This document shows, piece by piece, positions 56,176 through 64,000 of a DNA stretch of 64,000 bases. The stretch covers positions 153,264,001 through 153,328,000 of the forward strand of contig OZ024740.1 of NCBI GenBank assembly GCA_964016885.1, in the 5' to 3' direction. Origin of the DNA: Eledone cirrhosa (Eukaryota). The position numbers and the translations under genes were made by a program. How positions within the stretch are numbered: the first letter of the stretch is position 1; each line of letters begins with the position of its first letter. The notes under the pieces were generated by a model. It worked only from the letters and a program-made list of their open reading frames with translations. It was not told the DNA's origin and did not search any database.

Positions 56176-57950
56176 GTAAGCTGTAATATATTTCTATCCT
56201 ACAATAATTTTCGCCTACCTCCTCTGGCCTACTTTCATACACAATCCTTAGAATTTGCCGTATAGATTTCACTTTCAACGCTTGACCGGCTCCACCCACT
56301 CCCTCATTGTTCTACAGGCAAGTTCAGCCACCCCACCTCCCACCTACTGCCATGATAGTTTTATTTGTGTTTACAACAAATTTTGACCAATCCTCTTGAC
56401 AATTACAATCTTCCCATATAAGGAAGTACTCCTTGAAAAATTCGGCTATTTATTTACCAGACTAAAAATTCTAATTTAGTTTCGAAACGGCTTGAGCTCT
56501 GCCGTCGGGGTCATACTTTTTCCTATTACCCACTCTACTACCCTAAGTATTGAGTACTCTGGTGCGTTATGGTACATCTGGTTCCTTATCACAACTCCTT
56601 CGTTATATATATATATATATATATCAATAGTATATATTGAATTAGAAACTCTCAATAGTCTCTTACAATTAAAGTACCTCAAGGAAAAAACATTTCCGAG
56701 CCTTATAATTTAATAAATTTAAATATAATAATAAATTTAATATAATAAAGAGAGATAAATACAGATATATACATGTATGCGTTCAAATCATAAGGGACCT
56801 AAATCGCTAGGGTGAATAAGATACTAACTATATATATATATATTCCTATATATATATATATATATATATATAGGAATAAGTATGACCCCGACGGCAGAGC
56901 TCAAGCCGTTTCGACGGCTATTTCTGGACTACAATTCCTTCGTTATATATATATATATATATATATATACAAATACACAACAGAATCATTTTATAATCTT
57001 AAGAAGCACCACGAATTTTAACTGTATTCCCATAAGGAAGACACTGAATTATCCAATTTACCTTCATGGAATCTCCAGATGACCAAGAAAATATCCTTTA
57101 GACATTACACGTAAAGCGTATGTGAACCACGCAGCACCCTTGGCAAAGATTTTGTACTATAGTCTCAGATCAATTTAAATCTTATAAGTAAAATTGTGTC
57201 GATGGAATCTTTGTCGGAGCCAGCCTGTTACGTTTTGGTATAGTAGACGTAATCTGTAACCTCTTTTACCTGTCGTTAGCAGACTTCTCTCTGTTGTAAA
57301 CATCCAGTCCAAGTAACAGGCACTCAGATACCTTGAACAAATGATATTGGCATGTCATTAACCCGTCTCCCACAACTGGTAATATGGCTCCCTATATTCC
57401 TGAAGTTAAATAATCATTTATTACTTTCTCCAAATCATACTGGATTCTCGATAATCACATATACACTCGTTAAATATATATTACTCGTACTGCTCTATAG
57501 CGACGATATTATACTTCTGTGTGATATATATTTACTGGTTGTTGTTCAATACAAAACGGGCCAGTATCTATCTGTTTGCTTGCCTGTTTTTCCATCTATC
57601 TAGCTAGTTATGTCTATCTATCTTTAAGTGTGTATGTTTGTTTGTTTGTCTGTCTGTTTATCTGCTGTATGTCTGTCTATCATTTATCTATCTGTCCGTC
57701 TATCTTTCTATCATCTATATATCTGTTTGCCTGTCTGTCTTTCTATATAACTAGGTATCTGTCTATCTGTCGATCTATCTATCAGTTCATTTCTATATCT
57801 AGCTTTCTATCTATTTTTGAAGAAGGTAATATCCGAAATGTTACATTTTTGACTATCCACTACAAACCAACAAACAGAGCTCTTTCCCAAATTCATTTTA
57901 TACATTTTATGCTGCCTTTGTTTTGAGAAATAGCATGTTATTTTTTCCAG

Positions 57951-57980
57951 ATCTAAATCCGTCAAGAAATTCTATGAGTA
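57951..57980 (+). CDS. 30-nt phase 1-1 exon: (D)LNPSRNSMS
   Basis: ttattttttccag| and |gtaagt; open in phase 1. Confidence 0.65.
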
Positions 57981-59267
57981 GTAAGTTGATATATATATAT
58001 ATATGTATACATATATATTGTATGTATTACTCGTGTTTTATCAGTGCTTTGTTATGATATACAATAAAGCTATAGCATTTTAGTCATCACTGTGTGTAGA
58101 GACAGCTGTTTTTATACAATACACAAAAGGGGTATCATTTGCAGAATCTCACCAGTGTCTCAGTACTCTCAGTAACTCTCCATTGATATGCTGCTTATAA
58201 AGTCCTTATTAGTTAATGCCTTGACATATCGGATAAGAATGCGTTATGAATTAGGGCATTGTTGGCAGTTACTAGTGCAGTAACTGTATTACGATATACT
58301 ATAGATTAAATTTATATTTTTAGCTAAACCTCTATATGTAGATAACCAGAAATCCGTCTTTTGAACCGATTAAAACTGGTCTGACTGATCGTTCGTTTTT
58401 TGCCCACGAGTTATTGTATAAAAAGACAAGTATTGATACACGTAGCAACGTTTAATGATAGGGTGAACAATGTATGATTTGCTATTGACGAAACAATGGA
58501 TAACTAACGAAAGGAGGTTAGGCAGGTGTATGGGTTATGGTTACAAGGAGTTGTTATATAGCTTGCTAAATCAGGTAAAAATGCACAGCGTCAGTGATAT
58601 CTATGATTTACCGTTTTGTTGATGGAATCCTTGCGAAATATAATTTGTTATGGATACCAATCAAGGATATCTGTCTGCCTAGTTGTGAATTGTATATGAA
58701 CTTTGTAGAAAATAAACAACTATTTTATGGCAAAAAAGAATGAATTAATCTTGGGTTTATGAACTGCCAGGAGTTGAGACCGGTGGATAGTATTAGCATT
58801 GAAAATACCAATGGAAACTTGTTTCCCTGGTCCGATTTGACGACTATCACACCCACTCAGTAAGTGAATGAGGTCTAGGATCATGTCGATCGAACTCTAT
58901 GCTATCTATGTTAGAAATGTAAGCTTGGCATCAGGTTTCCTCACAGATGTTGTGGCCACATTTTAGCCCGTATGTTAAGGTATTTAATCTGTATTGTTCA
59001 TTGTAGGTTGGTAGTACTCCTGACTATATTTTTGAAATTGTCTTTTTAAGAAACCACAAAATTAAGTTATCCTTTTCCAGCTGGGGGTATTTTCAAGGTC
59101 CTTGGAGCTAATATTGAGCACAGCTTACTGTAAATACAATATATAGTGGTGAGAACAAAGCGTATGATTTATAATCGGTGATCATTTTGTTATAAAGAAG
59201 GTATTCTGAATTAATTATTTTTCCAGAAATAGTAAAACATACGATTTGCTTTTTAGTGTTTTCATAG

Positions 59268-59297
59268 AATCCCCTCCACCACCTCCACCACCATATT
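59268..59297 (+). CDS. Candidate 30-nt exon: (K)SPPPPPPPY
   Basis: gtgttttcatag| acceptor; weak donor |gtatat. Confidence 0.3.
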
Positions 59298-59348
59298 GTA
59301 TATTGAGTTTATATCACACCACCATATTGTATATTGAGTTTATATTAC

Positions 59349-59532
59349 ATTTGTTTCTACTTGTGGCACAAGGCCAGCAATTACCCTTGTGCATTACTGG
59401 TACTTTATTTTATCTACCCCGTAAGGATGAAAGGCAAAGTTAACCTCGGCGGGATTTGTACTCAGAACGCAAAGGACCATAGCTCTATGCTGTAAAGCAT
59501 GGTGTCTGACGCTCCACCGATACTGCCAATTC
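59349..59532 (-). mobile_element. SINE
   Basis: Reverse complement of the SINE consensus. Confidence 0.85.
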
Positions 59533-59925
59533 ACAGTGATGATTCCTTCCATCAGTCTGGATCCGATACGTTTTCAGAAATTCTCAGAAATTGGTTAAAC
59601 GTATAAACAGGCCAGACCGGAAGTGGGATCAGTTGGGCCATCTTAAGGGGACTGCCTGCTTTAAATTGTAGTACTTTTATTCTGTTTTCTTACTTGTAAA
59701 TACACCATATAACCCATATGTAAATCATATGTATTTAGTAATGTTTACTAAAATACTTAATGAGTAGTTTGAAATGTGGCCTACATTTCATATTTGTCCT
59801 GAGATACCAGCTTTGCTGGATCCTGCGTATATTTATCATTCTCATCATTTCTTTCTTTCTAGTTCTTTTTATTCAAAACATATTATAACTTCGGGAATTA
59901 GTAATCTTTTTGTTCGTGTTTTCAG

Positions 59926-59964
59926 AGGAAATGCTTTAGGGAAGGTTTGCTGTCGGTGGAAATG
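59926..59964 (+). CDS. Candidate 39-nt stop-containing exon
   Basis: tttttgttcgtgttttcag| and G|gtacgc; phase 1 gives KEML-stop, or a T|AG stop after the PPPY exon. Confidence 0.3.
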
Positions 59965-59986
59965 GTACGCTAATAATTCCTTATTT

Positions 59987-60660
59987 TGGCAGTATCGGTA
60001 GAGAATCGGACGCCATGCTTTCAAGCATAGAGTTACGTCCCTTTACATACTGAGTTCAAATCCCGCCGAGGTTAACTTTGCCTTTCATCCTTACGGGTTC
60101 GATAAAATAAAGTACCAGTAATGTACTGGGTAATTGCTGGCCTTGTGCCAAAAGTAGAAACAATTATTTATCGTAGTATTGAACACAACATAAGACTCTG
60201 GATTCGACCTCATTGCGTGATATCTTGGGCAAGTGTCTTTATCATAGCCTTGGGTCAGTGAAATTGGATAGACGGAGACAGTTTAAAAGCTTGTACTTCA
60301 AAGGGTGAGCCATGTCAGACTGTGTCATACAGAATATCCTTGATAACTGCGTTAAGGGTACATGTGTCTGTGGAATACACAGTCACACACTGAGGATATG
60401 AATTGGCCGTTCCGTTAACTGGAACACTCACCGACGGAATTATTTTTCTTTTCATTATACGGTGGAATGGCAGCATCGGACAAATGCTTAGCAGTATATG
60501 CTCCAACTCTTTACGTTCTGAGTTCAAATCACAGCGAGCTCAACTTTACCTTTCATCCATCTGAGGTCGATAAAATACAAGTACCAGTGAAGTACTGGGA
60601 TAGATATAATTGACTTCCCTTTCCCTTAAATCGCTGGAGCTGTGCCCAAATTAGGAATCA
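59987..60660 (+). mobile_element. SINE cluster (59987-60165 young copy; ~60180-60440 and 60462-60660 older copies)
   Basis: gagttcaaatc and tttcatcc..ggtcgataaaat cores; the 60300-60440 body resembles 50050-50150. Confidence 0.75.
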
Positions 60661-61513
60661 TATTTTGATTTGAGAAAAAATTTAAACTTAAATGCAGATA
60701 TTTTCTCAGATTAAAATTGGTTTGTAACAGAGATCAAGACATTGTAAGGCAATAATTAACCACGATTTCTGAAAGAAACGAAACATTTTCTTTTGTTTCC
60801 GTTGATGATACACAACAATGTCTAATAAATTTATTATTTTTTCATTATGCATTGGGCTCCTTTTTCAAAGGCCTAATTAATCATGTATACCCCAGTTCTA
60901 ATTCTGTTAAGTCGTACATATTTCATCTATATCTATATGTCGAACTGTTAAGTTACGGGACAAACGTAAACAGTACACTCGCACACATATATATACGACG
61001 GATTTAACTCACGAGAATTTGGTAACCAAAGGCTATATTAGTAAACATTTACCCAAGATGCCACGCATTGGGGGGACCGAATCCAAAACTATGTAGTTGC
61101 TATACGAAATTCTTAACCACATAGCTATACCAGCGCCTAAGAGATTCATATCTCTATAAGGCAATCATTTATATTCATTGTTGATGTGGGTAAAAGGTCA
61201 CAATGTTTTGAAGAAAGAATAAAATCGATTTCATCAAGCACGAGTGTGTAACAAATAATTATGTTAACGAAGCCAGTGAGGATTAAGTACAGAAAGTAAA
61301 ATGACACGAAATATTGCAATGTATTTTATCAGGTAGCTCTATTGATTCTTCTACTATCTAGAGCCATCCGAGGAATGTTTGATATATAATACGGGATATA
61401 TTTGTTTTCATGATTCACTCAAGTAAATTCTGTTCAAATTCTACATTCTCAAATAAAGCCAACAGACGGATATGTTACGACTGGAAATACAAACAGTAGT
61501 TTCATATACTCAC

Positions 61514-61559
<46 letters not shown>

Positions 61560-61800
61560 ACGCACACGCGCACGCGCACGCACATACATACACTTACACA
61601 CGCATGTATATATATATATCAAATAAAAAAAACTCTCGTTAATCCCTGTAATTAAATGAGCTCAAGGTGTTTTTCTCTATATAAACATATATATATTATA
61701 TAAACATATATATATATATATAAATTTTAGCCTGATAGTGGGGTTTAGAACTCTCTAAGAAATGGAAAAAGATGAGTTTTGACGTACATGTACGTCAATA

Positions 61801-61866
<66 letters not shown>

Positions 61867-61867
<1 letters not shown>

Positions 61868-61896
61868 TAGCAGAATGGCCCGGCATTGCTCGGGCT
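61867..61896 (-). mobile_element. Helitron 3' terminus (hairpin + CTAG|T)
   Basis: a|ctagcagaatg gcccggcattgctcgggc mirrors the terminus at 4051. Confidence 0.7.
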
Positions 61897-61991
61897 TCTA
61901 AACATAGATTGGCATGTTTATCCCTCCTTTCTGAAACAGTACAGAGAAGTACGGAATACCTCGGCCTGGGGATGGTGTCTACATTTTGTGC

Positions 61992-64000
61992 TTAGGCACT
62001 AAATGGGACTTCTGAAATTTGTAGTCCATTACTGTATCTTTGTGCATCTTTTGTAATGGAATATGATCTTTTGATGCTTTCGTGTTTCAAAACGAGTTTG
62101 ATCATCCAATCATGTGATTCCCTTAGATATGTAGATAATCCAATTGTTGCAGTTTTCAACGCAATGTCTAACTGGATTAACCCACGTCCTCCTTCTTTCC
62201 TAGGGAGATATATTCTATCTATATCTGCCTTAGGGTGATGCATTCTGTGCATGGTTAAGAATTTTCGAATTTTTGTATCGAGCCTACGGATCTCTGTGCT
62301 TGACGAGTTGATGACATTGTAACTGTAGGTTACTACTGGTATGGCAAGCGTGTTTATGGCATCGATCCTATTCCTTGCATTCAATTCCGTTCTTAAGATT
62401 GCTCTTACTCTGCGGTAACATTCCTTCCTTATCCTTTCCCTCATTATCGAGTGCTTGATTCCGTCTCCTTCACAAACACCTAGATATTTGTAAGTTTTTT
62501 CTTGATCAAGTTCTCTTATCACGTTCCCCCGATCAAGATTAATGTCTGAACTCTTCAGCAGCTTTCCTCTGGTGAACGTTGCTTTGGCGCATTTATCTAG
62601 TCCAAACTCCATTTTAATGTCATCACTGAACTGCTTCACAGTGGATAATAGCCCTTGCAATTGTTCATCATTTTTTGCAAATAGTTTCAGGTCATCCATG
62701 TAGAACAGGTGATTAATGGTTTTGTCATAGACTTTATATCCATGTTTTGTTTCATTGAGCATTTTACTTAATGGTATAAGTGCGATGCAGAATAAAAGCG
62801 GTGATAAAGAGTCACCCTGAAAAATTCCACAATTAATATTAACTTCTCCAGCTTCCAGTGATTTTGTTTCACTATTCAAAAGGAGTGTCGTTTTCCATGT
62901 CTTCATACTGAATGACAAAAACCTCCTGACAACGGGGGATATTTTGAAAATCTCTAAACATTTTTCAATCCAACTGTGTGGCAAACTATCGAATGCTTTT
63001 TTATAATCTATCCAAGCAATCGATAGATTTTTGTGTCTATTATGACAATCTTCCAGTATCATTTTGTTAACCAGAAGCTGATCCTTACAGCCATATGAGC
63101 CTCGTTTACACCCTTTCTGCTCAATGGGAAATAGGTCATTTGTTATCAGGTGGTCATATGTGTATTCAGTTAGGACTGATGTTAAAATTTTATACATTGT
63201 GGTCAAGCAAGTGATCGGTCTGTAATTTTTGGGATTGTTTGTCTCATCATTCTTCGGAAGCAGGAATGTAATGCCGTTAACTAGCCATGAAGGTATCTTT
63301 TCTGGCTCCTTAACTATTTCATTGTAAAGTTGGGCTAACAGCTCATGAGACTCTGTGAAGGCATTTATCCAAAAGTTTTGTATTTTGTCTTTTCCTGGGG
63401 ATTTCCATTTGCTGGTTTTTCTTAGAGCCAAGCGCAACTGTTCAACTGTTATATTTTCCCACGTTTGTTCCTCAAGGTGAGCTGTATCTTTCATTTGTCT
63501 GTCTATCCATGGGGCATGTATGTTATGAACTTTTTCTTCGGCCCAGATCTTTTCCCAGAATTCTTGCACTTCCTCCTTGGGTGGTATTGATTTAGCAGTT
63601 ATTGTTGACTTACCAATTTTTCTGTAGAAGTTTCTTTGGTTGTTTTTGAACATATTATTGTCCTTATAGAATCTAGATCGTTTTTCAAAGCGCCTTATAC
63701 GGGCAGCTTTGGCCGACACTTTTTGTTTAACATGTTTGATAATTTCTATCAGCATGTCTATGTCACATTTTGATTTTATACTGTACTTTTTTTTCAATTT
63801 TCTAAGTTTAGTTTGTTTAACATGTTCACATACTTTATAGTTTGTTAACATTTCTATGTCAGATCGGAGAAGGTTTATTTGGCGATTGATGTTCTCTTGC
63901 CAAGTAGATTTCTTGTGGGAATTCCTTTGTTTTTTCATCTTCACTCCACATAAGTGAGTGGTGACTTTAGCCGCTGCATAATAGAGATGATTTAAATCAG
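61992..64000 (-). CDS. R4/Dong-like reverse transcriptase ORF, 3'-truncated (no zinc knuckle or RLE), open past the window edge
   Basis: WKSPGKD, YRPITCL, EQKGC, IDYKKAFDS, GIFQGDSLSP, YMDDLK, YKYLG, EGGRGL; the frame continues upstream (DLNHLYYAAAK). Confidence 0.9.
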   Translation of the reverse strand, partial: DLNHLYYAAAKVTTHLCGVKMKKQRNSHKKSTWQENINRQINLLRSDIEMLTNYKVCEHVKQTKLRKLKKKYSIKSKCDIDMLIEIIKHVKQKVSAKAARIRRFEKRSRFYKDNNMFKNNQRNFYRKIGKSTITAKSIPPKEEVQEFWEKIWAEEKVHNIHAPWIDRQMKDTAHLEEQTWENITVEQLRLALRKTSKWKSPGKDKIQNFWINAFTESHELLAQLYNEIVKEPEKIPSWLVNGITFLLPKNDETNNPKNYRPITCLTTMYKILTSVLTEYTYDHLITNDLFPIEQKGCKRGSYGCKDQLLVNKMILEDCHNRHKNLSIAWIDYKKAFDSLPHSWIEKCLEIFKISPVVRRFLSFSMKTWKTTLLLNSETKSLEAGEVNINCGIFQGDSLSPLLFCIALIPLSKMLNETKHGYKVYDKTINHLFYMDDLKLFAKNDEQLQGLLSTVKQFSDDIKMEFGLDKCAKATFTRGKLLKSSDINLDRGNVIRELDQEKTYKYLGVCEGDGIKHSIMRERIRKECYRRVRAILRTELNARNRIDAINTLAIPVVTYSYNVINSSSTEIRRLDTKIRKFLTMHRMHHPKADIDRIYLPRKEGGRGLIQLDIALKTATIGLSTYLRESHDWMIKLVLKHESIKRSYSITKDAQRYSNGLQISEVPFSA

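Overview
Eukaryotic, AT- and repeat-rich DNA. The tRNA-headed SINE families and large (TA)n/(TATC)n/(TG)n tracts suggest an octopus-like cephalopod (inference from recall, not a search). Bases 1-34250 are a tandem array of 14 units spaced about 2.1-3.5 kb apart. Each unit holds a dead, 5'-truncated R4/Dong-like RLE retrotransposon fragment (minus strand), a SINE tail and a spacer. The main observation, not shown by the ORF track, is that every spacer carries a 45-nt phase-1/phase-1 micro-exon on the + strand (tttcag|GTTATAAACC...CG|gtacat) encoding GYKPKGK[SPC]MW[DN]D[LPR][KE][NTI]. Thirteen copies are intact and one is destroyed by a micro-inversion. Downstream lie further single-copy symmetric phase-1 exons of 60, 39, 36, 42, 45 and 30 nt that splice into one open frame. 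The window therefore appears to lie inside a large micro-exon gene whose repeat exon was amplified together with its TE-filled intron. The putative introns contain Helitrons, SINEs, a frameshifted L1/Tx1 element, a mariner relic, RTE relics, and Penelope-like GIY-YIG elements with inverted pseudo-LTRs and hammerhead ribozyme motifs. An R4-like RT ORF runs off the right edge of the window. Exon calls come from splice signals and frame only; no expression data were available. TE boundaries are approximate unless termini are quoted.
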